Assembly: GCA_036272935.1 (NCBI GenBank)
Contig: DATAXP010000075.1
Span: forward strand, 20,511 to 84,510
Reading direction: 5' to 3'
DNA length: 64,000 bases
Origin: Pirellulales bacterium
GTDB lineage: Bacteria > Planctomycetota > Planctomycetia > Pirellulales > PNKZ01
Shown: positions 11,290-20,315 of the stretch, piece by piece
Position numbering within the stretch: the first letter of the stretch is position 1
Layout: each line of letters begins with the position of its first letter
Notes under the pieces: generated by a model
Database searches by the model: none
What the model was told of the DNA's origin: nothing
Seen by the model: only the letters and a program-made list of their open reading frames with translations
Translations under genes and position numbers: made by a program

Positions 11290-12345
11290 TTACGGCGACG
11301 ACGCCAGTCGGCGGCGGTCTTCGTCGACCATTTCGCGCACCAGGTCGCTGAATTTCGTGCGCGGCGCCCAGCCGAACTGCTGACGGGCCTTCGTAGAATC
11401 CCCCAGCAGGTATGGCACTTCGGACGGACGGAAGTACCGCGAATCGATCCGCACCACGACCCGGCCGCTCGCCTGATCGAACCCTTGTTCCTCAACTCCC
11501 TTGCCTCGCCACGCCAGCCGCATGTCGATGTGCTCGAAGGCGATCTCGGCAAACTCGCGCACCGTGTGCGCCTCGCCGGTCGACAAGACAAAATCATCAG
11601 GCTGATCCTGCTGCAGGATTTGCCACATCCCTTCGACGTAGTCGCGGGCATGACCCCAGTCGCGCTTGGCGTCGAGGTTTCCCAGGTACAGCACCTTCTG
11701 CTTGCCGCGCTCGATGGCCGCCACCGCGCGCGTGATCTTGCGCGTGACGAACGTCTCGCCGCGCGTTGGCCCCTCGTGGTTGAACAGAATGCCGTTGGCA
11801 GCAAACAGTCCGTACGACTGCCGATAGTTCACCGTGATCCAGTAGGCGTACAGCTTGGCGGCCGCGTAGGGGCTGCGCGGCAGAAACGGCGTCGACTCGT
11901 TCTGCGGCGGCGGCGCGATGCCGAAGAGCTCCGAGGTCGATGCCTGGTAGAACCGCGTCTCGTTGAGGCCCAGGATGCGGATCGCCTCCAACAGCCGGAG
12001 CGTGCCGATGCCATCGGCATTGGCCGTGTATTCGGGCGTCTCGAAGCTCACGGCCACGTGCGTCTGCGCGGCGAGGTTGTAAACCTCGTGCGGCCGGACC
12101 TGTTGCAACACGCGGATCAGGCTCGAGCTGTCGGTCATGTCGCCGTGGTGCAGCCAGAAGCGGACATCCGACTCGTGCGGATCGGCATACAGGTGATCGA
12201 TCCGTGCAGTGTTGAACGACGACGCGCGCCGCTTGACGCCGTGAACGTCATACCCCTTCTTCAGCAGCAGTGCCGCTAGATAGGCGCCGTCCTGACCGGT
12301 GACGCCGGTGATGAGTGCGACGCGCCGGCCGCCGGAAGAGGTCAT
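11290..12345 (-). CDS. gmd: GDP-mannose 4,6-dehydratase
   Basis: [73 protein letters not shown]. Confidence 0.92.
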   Translation of the reverse strand: MTSSGGRRVALITGVTGQDGAYLAALLLKKGYDVHGVKRRASSFNTARIDHLYADPHESDVRFWLHHGDMTDSSSLIRVLQQVRPHEVYNLAAQTHVAVSFETPEYTANADGIGTLRLLEAIRILGLNETRFYQASTSELFGIAPPPQNESTPFLPRSPYAAAKLYAYWITVNYRQSYGLFAANGILFNHEGPTRGETFVTRKITRAVAAIERGKQKVLYLGNLDAKRDWGHARDYVEGMWQILQQDQPDDFVLSTGEAHTVREFAEIAFEHIDMRLAWRGKGVEEQGFDQASGRVVVRIDSRYFRPSEVPYLLGDSTKARQQFGWAPRTKFSDLVREMVDEDRRRLASSP

Positions 12346-12543
12346 GGCTGCTCCAAATCACATGGCCCGACGCGCCGGGCACTCGCCGGCAGAGCATCGC
12401 AGGCCCTCTTTCGTATGATACTTCGCCCATTGCATCGCACCAGCTAGCACGGCGGTGTGCTCTTGCCTCGTTGCCGGAAGATTGCTACCACAGCGATCCT
12501 TTTGCGGTGCCCGCCCCCCTGCTTGTATGCCGAGTGTTAGCCC

Positions 12544-14046
12544 ATGATGTGCAACGAACAGCTTTCGGCCGCGGTGTTGCGGGTCGCCCACGCCCGGGTG
12601 CGCTGCGTCGGCGACATCATGCTCGACGAGTTCGTGCACGGCGCGGTCGAACGGCTATCGCCCGAAGCCCCAATTCCGGTGCTGCGAGTGACGCATGAGC
12701 AGCACATGCTCGGCGGCGTCGGCAACGTGGCTCGCAACCTCGCCGCGCTTGGTGCGGGGTGCCATGTTGTTTCCGCCGTCGGTGCGGACACGGCGGGGCA
12801 GCGCGTCGGGCAGCTTCTCAATCAACTCGCAGGGTGTTCGGCTGAACTGGCAGTTGATCCACAGGCCGCGACGACCATCAAAACTCGCTATATTGCCGGC
12901 AGCCAACATGTGGTGCGTGTCGACCGTGAGCGGCCGATGCCCCCAAGCGTCGATGCCGTGGCGAGGCTACTTGGCGCGCTCGATCGCGACGAACCGCAAG
13001 CCGCAGTGATTGTGCTGTCGGACTACGGCAAAGGGCTGCTCACCGATCAGGTGATCCGCGCGACGCTCGACGCGGCCCGCCGCCGCGGTACGTGCGTGAT
13101 TGTCGATCCCAAGGGGAAAGATTACTCGCGCTACCGTGGCGCCACGATCCTCACGCCCAATCGCCAGGAACTCGCCCAAGGCAGCGGCATGCCGGCGACC
13201 ACCGACGACGAAGTGATCGCTGCCGCCCTGCGACTCATCGAGCGCCACGACTTCCAATCGGTCGTGGCCACGCTGAGCGAACGAGGCATCATGGTGGTCG
13301 ATCGCGATGGCACAGCCAGACATCTGAAGGCCGAAGCCCGCGAGATTTGCGATGTTTCCGGAGCCGGCGACACGGTGGTCGCGGTGCTTGCCGCGGCGCT
13401 GGCAACCGGCGCCGCGCTGCACGACGCTGCCAGCCTGGCCAACGCGGCTGCCGGGATCGTTGTCGGCAAGGTAGGGACCGCGGTGGTCTGCCCCGACGAG
13501 TTGATCCGTGCGGTCAGCCGTGCCGAACCGGCCGGCATCGACGACAAGATCATCCCCTTCCAACGTCTGCACGATCTGGTGCATCGTTGGCGCCGCGATG
13601 GCTTGCGGATCGGCTTCACCAACGGTTGCTTCGACCTGCTGCACCCTGGACACGTGACGTTGTTGGCCAAGGCGGCGGCCGAGACCGATCGACTGGTCGT
13701 CGGGCTCAATAGCGATGCGTCGGTGCGCCGGCTTAAAGGACCGACACGCCCCGTGCAGCACGAAGCCGCCCGCGCTACCGTCCTGGCATCGCTTGCCAGC
13801 GTATCGGCCGTCACCATCTTCGAAGAAGACACGCCGCAACGGCTCATCGAGCACCTCGCACCCGATGTGCTCGTGAAAGGGGGCGACTACACCGAGGCCA
13901 CTGTTGTCGGCGCCGACTTCGTCCGCCATCGCGGCGGTCGCGTGGTGCTGGTCGACCTGGTTCCACAACAGAGCACATCGCGGCTCATCGAACGCTCCGC
14001 CGTGGGCAGTTCACCCGGCGATGCACCGCCAGCCCGCGCCGCGTGA
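12544..14046 (+). CDS. hldE: bifunctional D-glycero-beta-D-manno-heptose-7-phosphate kinase / heptose-1-phosphate adenylyltransferase
   Basis: PfkB-type kinase half (DVSGAGDTVVAVLA) plus cytidylyltransferase half (FTNGCFDLLHPGHVTLL). 500 aa. Confidence 0.9.
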   Translation: MMCNEQLSAAVLRVAHARVRCVGDIMLDEFVHGAVERLSPEAPIPVLRVTHEQHMLGGVGNVARNLAALGAGCHVVSAVGADTAGQRVGQLLNQLAGCSAELAVDPQAATTIKTRYIAGSQHVVRVDRERPMPPSVDAVARLLGALDRDEPQAAVIVLSDYGKGLLTDQVIRATLDAARRRGTCVIVDPKGKDYSRYRGATILTPNRQELAQGSGMPATTDDEVIAAALRLIERHDFQSVVATLSERGIMVVDRDGTARHLKAEAREICDVSGAGDTVVAVLAAALATGAALHDAASLANAAAGIVVGKVGTAVVCPDELIRAVSRAEPAGIDDKIIPFQRLHDLVHRWRRDGLRIGFTNGCFDLLHPGHVTLLAKAAAETDRLVVGLNSDASVRRLKGPTRPVQHEAARATVLASLASVSAVTIFEEDTPQRLIEHLAPDVLVKGGDYTEATVVGADFVRHRGGRVVLVDLVPQQSTSRLIERSAVGSSPGDAPPARAA

Positions 14047-14178
14047 TCGGCGCGCTGCTGGCGCTGGCATCGCTGGCGGTTGTCACGTCGAAATCGTCAT
14101 GCCGACCAGAAAAGCCTGGGGATTCGTGGTGAATGTGCCGACTTTAACGGCATCCATTTCTTACCGACTGCGCGCTTC

Positions 14179-15087
14179 ATGAAACACTACATCAGCTCGA
14201 AGTACCGTCGGGGCTTTTGGTCGCAATCTCTCGCGCTGGTCATTGCACTGGCCGCTAGCACGGTCAGGGCCGACGATCCATCGGCCGTGACGAACCGCAC
14301 TACGGTGCCGCGCTCGGCGCTCCGCGTCCGGCCGCCACAGGCCGCGCCCATTGCGACGATCTCCGATGATAACCCAGGCAACTCGATAGCGACCGCACCG
14401 GAGGCGCCTCTGCCAGCGAGTGGAGGAGCAACCGTATCCGACGCCGACGAGCCGCGCATTGCTTCAGAACGTTCAACAGCTTCCGCCGATGCCGCCACCC
14501 GCGCACGACCATTGGCGTCGCGCATCGCCACCAGCGGCAATTCGTCGAGAGCCAACCGGCTGGTGTTCACGACGAGCGATTCGCCCCGTCCCAACGAATC
14601 CGGAGACGGCTGGTCGCCGGCAGCCTCGGCAAAAGCGACGTCGACAAAACGGCCCGCCGGGTGGATGACGAGAGGGCAACCGGAAGAACCCACGATCTCG
14701 CCCCCCGCACGCCGTTCGAGCGTGAACAACTCCGGCATGGCCGAAGTTCCGCGCATCGTGCTGCAATCGGCCGACGATGAACAGCCTCGCAAGTCGGCTG
14801 CAACGATGACTCGATTTCCCGCGCCGCCCGTACCCGGCTTGCGCGCCAACCGCAAGGCGTCGCAAGTGGCGACGAGCACCCAACCCGACGCGAGCGGCGA
14901 AGCGAAACCAAAATCGAAACTATCGTCGTGGCTTCGCTTCGGTCCGTGGCACCGCACGGAAGTCCCAGGCGAGGTCGACGAAATCTCAACCGAACGCGCC
15001 GGCTCGATTTGGGGCGATGCAAACCGCGAAGCGCGCACCAGCGACGAACGCTCGAACGTCATCACGCCCCGGCCGCTGTTTCGCTAG
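14179..15087 (+). CDS. secreted Ser/Ala/Pro/Arg-rich, probably disordered, hypothetical protein
   Basis: The internal ATG at 14179 gives MKHYISSKYRRGFWSQSLALVIALAASTVRADD, which is signal-peptide-like. An equally long antisense ORF (14187-15065) exists, so strand choice rests on the signal peptide only. Confidence 0.5.
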   Translation: MKHYISSKYRRGFWSQSLALVIALAASTVRADDPSAVTNRTTVPRSALRVRPPQAAPIATISDDNPGNSIATAPEAPLPASGGATVSDADEPRIASERSTASADAATRARPLASRIATSGNSSRANRLVFTTSDSPRPNESGDGWSPAASAKATSTKRPAGWMTRGQPEEPTISPPARRSSVNNSGMAEVPRIVLQSADDEQPRKSAATMTRFPAPPVPGLRANRKASQVATSTQPDASGEAKPKSKLSSWLRFGPWHRTEVPGEVDEISTERAGSIWGDANREARTSDERSNVITPRPLFR

Positions 15088-15184
15088 GCGAAAATGCTGG
15101 TCTATCCTCGTCGAGGCTGGCGGCGCGCCGAAAACACGCGGCGTAAGTCATTGTTTTCCAAGGCGCTCCGCCAATTTGTCGCGA

Positions 15185-15212
15185 TTGATTATTGCGAATA
15201 GCGTCCTATATT
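15185..15212 (+). promoter_or_regulatory. sigma70-like promoter candidate TTGATT-16 nt-TATATT
   Basis: TTGATT at 15185-15190 and TATATT at 15207-15212, in an AT-rich patch. The predicted transcription start coincides with the ATG at 15219. Confidence 0.35.
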
Positions 15213-15218
15213 TTGGTT

Positions 15219-15356
15219 ATGAGACATTACAGTTCATCCATGCGATTCCGCGGTCCCTCGACGCTGGTCAAGGGTTGGCGCAGTTTGCTCGCTTGGTCGT
15301 GGGCAATCGTCGCCATGGGGCTACTCGTCCTGTCGATGGCGGTCATGCTCGGCTGA
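15219..15356 (+). CDS. candidate 45-aa small membrane protein (possibly leaderless)
   Basis: Own translation MRHYSSSMRFRGPSTLVKGWRSLLAWSWAIVAMGLLVLSMAVMLG. It is below the ORF-track length cutoff. It has a single hydrophobic helix and the promoter-like hexamers lie directly upstream. Confidence 0.35.
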   Translation: MRHYSSSMRFRGPSTLVKGWRSLLAWSWAIVAMGLLVLSMAVMLG

Positions 15357-15393
15357 CGCAACAGGCGTTGTTCGAGTGCCGGGCGCGGGCCCA

Positions 15394-15960
15394 TCATTCG
15401 AATTTCGACTTGTGCTCCGTGCGCAGCTTTTCAGCCTGTTGCGTCAAGGCTTCCGACTCGTTGCTGAGCGCGACGATGTTCGCGACCACCGGCTTCATCT
15501 GCGTGTCCAGCGCTTGAGCGTCGGCAATCGATTCGTCGAGCAGCATTAGAACCAGCTTGCGAAGCTCATCTTTCGATTCAGCGAGTTTCTGAGTCGATTG
15601 CACTTTTAGCTTCCAATACTCGACCACCTCCGAGTCGACGTCTTCCTTGCCGGCCTCATCGAACTTGGCGATCGTGATCCGGTACTGCTCGGCGGTTTTG
15701 TGAAACAAGTCGGCCGTCTCTTCGACCGTAGGCTTGAGCTTCGCGCGGTTGGCAGGAAACTCTCGCAGACTCGCCTCGCTGAACAGCTCGGTGTGTTTCG
15801 CGACAGCCTGCTTATTGAAGTCGTTGCCGACTTCCATCGCCGCGTTTCCTTCATGCACCAATCGATTGGCTACACGATTCTCGTAATAGCGATACAGCGA
15901 TGCTGCGCCGACAACAATTGCTACACACGCAATCACAATGCGCATCACTTTGTTGCCCAT
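15394..15960 (-). CDS. membrane-anchored helical/coiled-coil hypothetical protein
   Basis: N-terminal helix MRIVIACVAIVVGAASLY, then a charged helical sequence. GC content and codon usage are visibly lower than in the flanks. Confidence 0.7.
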   Translation of the reverse strand: MGNKVMRIVIACVAIVVGAASLYRYYENRVANRLVHEGNAAMEVGNDFNKQAVAKHTELFSEASLREFPANRAKLKPTVEETADLFHKTAEQYRITIAKFDEAGKEDVDSEVVEYWKLKVQSTQKLAESKDELRKLVLMLLDESIADAQALDTQMKPVVANIVALSNESEALTQQAEKLRTEHKSKFE

Positions 15961-16054
15961 GGTGTCTCCCCTTTTTTGTGTGAATCTGCCCGCTCAACTG
16001 CCTCGAGTTCATGGTACTTGGTGCCGGTGCGGCAAGCTACGAGGCGCTCGTGCG

Positions 16055-17029
16055 TTAGGGAGACAAACTCTTGAACATCGTGTCGTCCAGCACAACCGGC
16101 TCGTGGCTCATCTGCTGGAGTGTGAATTCCGCGACAAGTTCCGCCGGCCGACACGCCGTCGGCGCATCACCCAGGCCGCACGACCACGCGAGGAAGCCGA
16201 CCAGCCGCTCGGGCGACACACCTTGCTCGCGCAGCGTTGCCAGCCGCGTATCGCCATGACGCTTCGCCAGGCGGCGACCATCGGGACCGACGACCAGCGG
16301 CACATGCGCGAACTGCGGCGGCGACCAGCCGAAGAATTCATACAGCTCAAGCTGCCGAAAGGCGCTCGTGAGCAGGTCGTCGCCGCGCAGCACTTCGGTG
16401 ACGCCCATGTGGTGATCGTCGACCACGACGGCCAACTGATATGCCGGCGAACCGTCACTCTTGGCGACGACAAAATCTCCCAGCTCGCGCGCGACGTTCA
16501 TCTGGCGACGCCCCATGAACCGGTCGTCGATCACGCGATCGACACGGCTGGCACGGAATCGCCAGGCATATGGCTGCTTGAGCTCGTGCGCCTCGGCGGC
16601 GTGCCGCGTGGCACAGGTGCCGGGATAAATAGGTCCTTCGTGTCCCACGATCGCGTGTGGGGCGCTAGCTGCCTCCGCCACGTCGCTTCGCGAACAGGTG
16701 CACGGATAGACCCACTCGGCCGCGATGAGTTGCTCGAGCGCAGCCGCATACAGCGCGCGGCGATGGCTTTGCACGTACGGCGCTGCGACGCCGGGACAAT
16801 CGGGTCCTTCATCCCAATCCAGCCCCAGCCAGCGCAGATCGGCAATCGCTTGCTCCGCAGCGCCAGCTTTCACGCGCGGCGAGTCGATGTCTTCGATCCG
16901 CAACAGCATCCGGCCTTGCTGCGCGCGGATCGACAGCCACGCGAGCAAAAAGGTGCGCGCGTTGCCGATGTGCTGCGCCCCGGTCGGTGACGGTGCCAGG
17001 CGGCCGATAGGCATGACGCCGTGCACCAT
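16055..17029 (-). CDS. gluQ: glutamyl-Q tRNA(Asp) synthetase
   Basis: GRLAPSPTGAQHIGNARTFLLAWL...LLRIEDID. It is a truncated GluRS-like catalytic domain only (324 aa). Confidence 0.85.
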   Translation of the reverse strand: MVHGVMPIGRLAPSPTGAQHIGNARTFLLAWLSIRAQQGRMLLRIEDIDSPRVKAGAAEQAIADLRWLGLDWDEGPDCPGVAAPYVQSHRRALYAAALEQLIAAEWVYPCTCSRSDVAEAASAPHAIVGHEGPIYPGTCATRHAAEAHELKQPYAWRFRASRVDRVIDDRFMGRRQMNVARELGDFVVAKSDGSPAYQLAVVVDDHHMGVTEVLRGDDLLTSAFRQLELYEFFGWSPPQFAHVPLVVGPDGRRLAKRHGDTRLATLREQGVSPERLVGFLAWSCGLGDAPTACRPAELVAEFTLQQMSHEPVVLDDTMFKSLSP

Positions 17030-17053
17030 ACCATTCCCACGGCAACTTCGTCG

Positions 17054-17356
17054 CTAGCCGGCGCGGCGGGGCCCGGAGTCCGACGTACGATCGACAACGC
17101 GCAGTGTGTCGATCACGTGGAACACGCCAGGGATGGCGCGCGAGCAGGCCCGCGCAAGCTGCTTCTCGTAAAAGCTGCCGACGTCGCCATCGAGGTGGAC
17201 CGTGCCCGCTCGCACCTCGACCGATAACGCGCGAAAGGCCGGCACTTGCAGTCGGACCAAGGCGGTGCGAACGCGATCGGCCAATCGCCGGTTGGCGTCG
17301 GCAACAGCAGCCAGACCATGAATGGTCGACATATCAATATCCTCTTCGTGTTCCAT
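17054..17356 (-). CDS. BON domain protein
   Basis: VEVRAGTVHLDGDVGSFYEKQLARACSRAIPGVFHVIDTLRV matches the BON pattern (V.V..G.V.L.G.V.S...k..a......v.GV..V.n.l.V). Confidence 0.7.
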   Translation of the reverse strand: MEHEEDIDMSTIHGLAAVADANRRLADRVRTALVRLQVPAFRALSVEVRAGTVHLDGDVGSFYEKQLARACSRAIPGVFHVIDTLRVVDRTSDSGPRRAG

Positions 17357-17366
17357 GGGACAGTGG

Positions 17367-17588
17367 TTAGTGTCTGCGGGGCTTCGAGGCCAATCGCGTT
17401 TTCTCGGTCCGGTCGATCTGAACGACGACGCCGTCTTGCACGATAACCGTCACCAATCCAAAGCGCAGCCCGTGCAGCGCGTGGCGGATTTGCTCAAGCG
17501 CTTCCTCGTGGCGCGATCGTTCGGTGCCGGCGCTTTTCGGCAAATCTTCGGGATCTTGCGTGCTACCTTCGGCAGTCATCGCGGCCAA
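17367..17588 (-). CDS. YezD/DUF2292-like small protein
   Basis: HGLRFGLVTVIVQDGVVVQIDRTEKTRL matches the family core (G.v.i.vqdG.vvqiertek.rl). Confidence 0.65.
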   Translation of the reverse strand: MAAMTAEGSTQDPEDLPKSAGTERSRHEEALEQIRHALHGLRFGLVTVIVQDGVVVQIDRTEKTRLASKPRRH

Positions 17589-17800
17589 TTCTAACGACCA
17601 ATGGACTCTAGTGCAAAATTATGATGATAAGTATCGTAATCTTTCTGGTAGTTATAAAGTATTTTTGGAGTTTTTGCTGGCAGATCATAAGGCTAAGGGC
17701 GCAAAGACTCCCACTACTGCGAGTTGCATCCGACTAACTGAGCACCTATCGTGAGAGCTCCTTCCTGCACGCAACCTTGCCCACGCGCGGAGCAATTCCT

Positions 17801-19087
17801 GTGTCCTTCTATCCGGCGCCCAATCGGCGCACGTTCCTGAAGTCGGCTGCGGCCATGGCGGCACCGACGATCGTGCCTGCCACCGTCTTTGCCAAACCTG
17901 GCCAGCCCGCACCAAGCGACCGCGTCGTGATCGGTTCGATCGGCACCGGCGATCTGGGCCGGCGGCACCACTTGAACGGCAAGCTATTGCCGAACAAGCG
18001 CGTGCAGGTCGCTGCCGTGTGCGATGTCGATCGCAACCGCCGCGATCAGGCGGCGCTCGATTGCCTGAAGAAGACCGGCAAGAGTGTCGCGATCTACAAA
18101 GACTTCCGCGACCTCTGCGATCGAAAAGACATCGACGCCGTGCTGATTGCCGTCCCCGATCACTGGCATGCGCTGACGGCCATCTACGCTTGCGAATCGG
18201 GCAAAGATGTCTATGCCGAGAAGCCGCTTGCGCTCACGATCGACGAGGGACGGAAGATGGTCGAGGCGGCACGGCGGTACGGCACGGTGTTCCAGACCGG
18301 CAGCCAGCAGCGGAGCGAGGGGCCGTTTCGCCAGGCAGTCGAGTTGATCCGCAACAACAAGATCGGCAAGCTCGAGCGGATCGACACGTACATCGGCAGC
18401 GTCGATGCCGGCACGTGGATGCCCTCGCAGACGCCGCCGCCCGAGCTTGATTGGAACTTCTGGCTCGGCCCCGCGCCTTATGCCGATTATGCGCCGAACC
18501 GCTGCCACTACCAGTTCCGCTGGTTCAGCGATTACTCGGGAGGCAAGCTCACCGACTGGGGCGCGCACCACAACGATATCGCCCAGTGGGCGCTCGATGC
18601 CGACAACACCGGCCCGGTTGCCGTCGAGGGGACCGGCAAGTTCTACGACGACGGCCCACCTGACGTCGCCTATCAGTTTGACATCGAATACGCCTACGCC
18701 AATGGCGTGAAGCTGGGGTGCCATTCCGACGGCAACAATGGCGTGAAATTCACCGGCAGCGACGGCTGGGTATTCGTGACCCGCGACAAGAAGAAGTTCG
18801 ACGCCTCGGACAAGGACCTGCTCAAGTGGGAAGCTAGCAGCGGCGACGTGCAGCTTCCGCGCAACGAAGGCCACCACGCCAATTGGCTCGATTGCATTGC
18901 CAGCCGCGAGCGCCCGCTCTGCGACGTCGAAGTAGGGCATCGATCGGCCACGGTCTGCCATCTGGGGAACATCGCAATCAAGCTCGGGCGACCCTTGAAG
19001 TGGAACCCCGAGAAAGAACAGTTCGTCGACGATGACCAAGCCAATCTGCTGGTGAGCAAGCCGATGCGGGCGCCGTGGCATCTCTAG
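17801..19087 (+). CDS. Gfo/Idh/MocA-family oxidoreductase with a twin-arginine signal
   Basis: The GTG at 17801 has GGAG 8 nt upstream and gives MSFYPAPNRRTFLKSAAAMAAPTIV. Rossmann motif VVIGSIGTGDLG. AVPDHWHA motif. The track start (TTG at 17777) is also possible. Confidence 0.85.
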   Translation: MSFYPAPNRRTFLKSAAAMAAPTIVPATVFAKPGQPAPSDRVVIGSIGTGDLGRRHHLNGKLLPNKRVQVAAVCDVDRNRRDQAALDCLKKTGKSVAIYKDFRDLCDRKDIDAVLIAVPDHWHALTAIYACESGKDVYAEKPLALTIDEGRKMVEAARRYGTVFQTGSQQRSEGPFRQAVELIRNNKIGKLERIDTYIGSVDAGTWMPSQTPPPELDWNFWLGPAPYADYAPNRCHYQFRWFSDYSGGKLTDWGAHHNDIAQWALDADNTGPVAVEGTGKFYDDGPPDVAYQFDIEYAYANGVKLGCHSDGNNGVKFTGSDGWVFVTRDKKKFDASDKDLLKWEASSGDVQLPRNEGHHANWLDCIASRERPLCDVEVGHRSATVCHLGNIAIKLGRPLKWNPEKEQFVDDDQANLLVSKPMRAPWHL

Positions 19088-19146
19088 CGCGACGGCCTCG
19101 GCAAAAGCACCACCGTCATTGATCCATTTGAACCAGGAAGACTTTC

Positions 19147-19923
19147 ATGCCCACCGTCGAAGAACTTGTTAAGCAACTCAGCAGCGACGACAAGGTGCAG
19201 GTCTATAAGGGCCGCATGGCGCTCACGAAGCTCGAAGATGAAGCCGGTGCCCCGGGTCGCGAGGCAGACCGCAAGCAGCTCGCCGCCAACCTGGCTCGGC
19301 TGATCGACGAGACGCACGATGTTCCCGACCCCAAAAAACCCAAGGAAAAGCCGAAGAAGGAGCCGAAGCACTCGGTTGCGGTGCGCAATCGATTGATCCG
19401 CGGCCTGGCAACGGTTGGCGGCGACGCAGAGATCGCGACGTTAAAGCGAGCCCTGGAAGATTTCGAAGTGCGTGAGATGGCTCGCTGGTCGCTCGACCGG
19501 ATGACGGTCGCTAGCGCCACCCAGGCGCTCGCCGATGCCGCCACCAAGAGTGTCGGCACCGAGTTCCGCGTCGGGGCGATCAACGCTCTCGGGCGCAAGC
19601 CAAGCAGCCCGGTAGTGGTCGACGCGCTGAACGCCTGCCTCGACGACCGCGACGGCGAAGTGCGCTTGGCGGCGATCGAGGCGCTGTCGAACCACGTCGA
19701 CGGGTCGCAGGATGAAGTGCTCGTCGCGGCAGCCAAAAAGTTTGCCAAGAAGCGCAGCCGCGGCGCCACACGCCTGGCCCGCGCTCGGGTGCGCATGGCC
19801 GAGCGGCTCGCACAATCGGGCCAGCAAGAAGCCGCGCGAAAGATCTACCGGTCGCTCGCGGCCGACGGCGTCGACAGCGCTCAGAAGCAGGCGGCCGAGA
19901 AGGCGCTGAAGCGCCCGGGGTAG
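19147..19923 (+). CDS. HEAT/PBS-lyase repeat protein
   Basis: Repeated units such as VRNRLIRGLATVGGDAEIATLKRAL and EVRLAAIEALSNH. Confidence 0.75.
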   Translation: MPTVEELVKQLSSDDKVQVYKGRMALTKLEDEAGAPGREADRKQLAANLARLIDETHDVPDPKKPKEKPKKEPKHSVAVRNRLIRGLATVGGDAEIATLKRALEDFEVREMARWSLDRMTVASATQALADAATKSVGTEFRVGAINALGRKPSSPVVVDALNACLDDRDGEVRLAAIEALSNHVDGSQDEVLVAAAKKFAKKRSRGATRLARARVRMAERLAQSGQQEAARKIYRSLAADGVDSAQKQAAEKALKRPG

Positions 19924-19928
19924 CAGGG

Positions 19929-19966
19929 CGCTGCCGGTCGGAGACGACCGGCGCTAAGCTAGCAGT
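19929..19966. repeat. GC hairpin GCCGGTCG-GAGA-CGACCGGC followed by GCTAAGCTAGCAG; likely also the terminator of the HEAT gene
   Basis: Perfect 8-bp stem at 19933-19952, 10 nt after the stop. The tail CTAAGC..GCAG is shared with 8679-8713 and 20271-20306. Confidence 0.7.
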
Positions 19967-20115
19967 GGCACTCCAGCTAGCGGCGGCAAAGCCTTGCCAT
20001 CTTTCGCAACCGGACTTTAGTCAAACAAGCTCGCTGGACCGCGGGCCAGACGTTCGCCGATCCCTGGTACTGACGCACGGGCGGACGTTCGTTGCACCCC
20101 GAGAGACTTCAATCG

Positions 20116-20271
20116 ATGGTAGTGCACTATGCCCCGGCGGACATGCTGGAAGAGTTAGAACAACGGCAAGACGAAGTGCTGGAACAGCTCGACGAATTGA
20201 ACCTGCGTGTCGAGCGGGCGCTGGCTGAGCATGGGAAGATTCTCGCTACTGGTGCGCACGCGAAGCGGTGA
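20116..20271 (+). CDS. candidate 51-aa coiled-coil small protein
   Basis: Own translation MVVHYAPADMLEELEQRQDEVLEQLDELNLRVERALAEHGKILATGAHAKR. It has heptad-like charge and Leu spacing and is below the track cutoff. I see no clear RBS. Confidence 0.3.
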   Translation: MVVHYAPADMLEELEQRQDEVLEQLDELNLRVERALAEHGKILATGAHAKR

Positions 20272-20306
20272 CGGCCGCGTGGACGTGGCCGCTAAGCGAG
20301 GGCAGG
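20271..20306. repeat. short repeat family member: CGGCCGCG-TGGA-CGTGGCCG hairpin plus CTAAGCGAGGGCAG
   Basis: Near-identical to 8679-8713. It lies 10 nt from the stop of the minus-strand ABC1 kinase gene. Confidence 0.75.
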
Positions 20307-20315
20307 CGTCGGCGA

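Noticed and set aside
14187-15065. 292-aa minus-strand ORF opposite the 14179-15087 secreted-protein call.
   Set aside because: Both frames are low complexity. I kept the plus strand because only it gives a start codon followed by a credible signal peptide. The choice remains uncertain and is flagged with low confidence.
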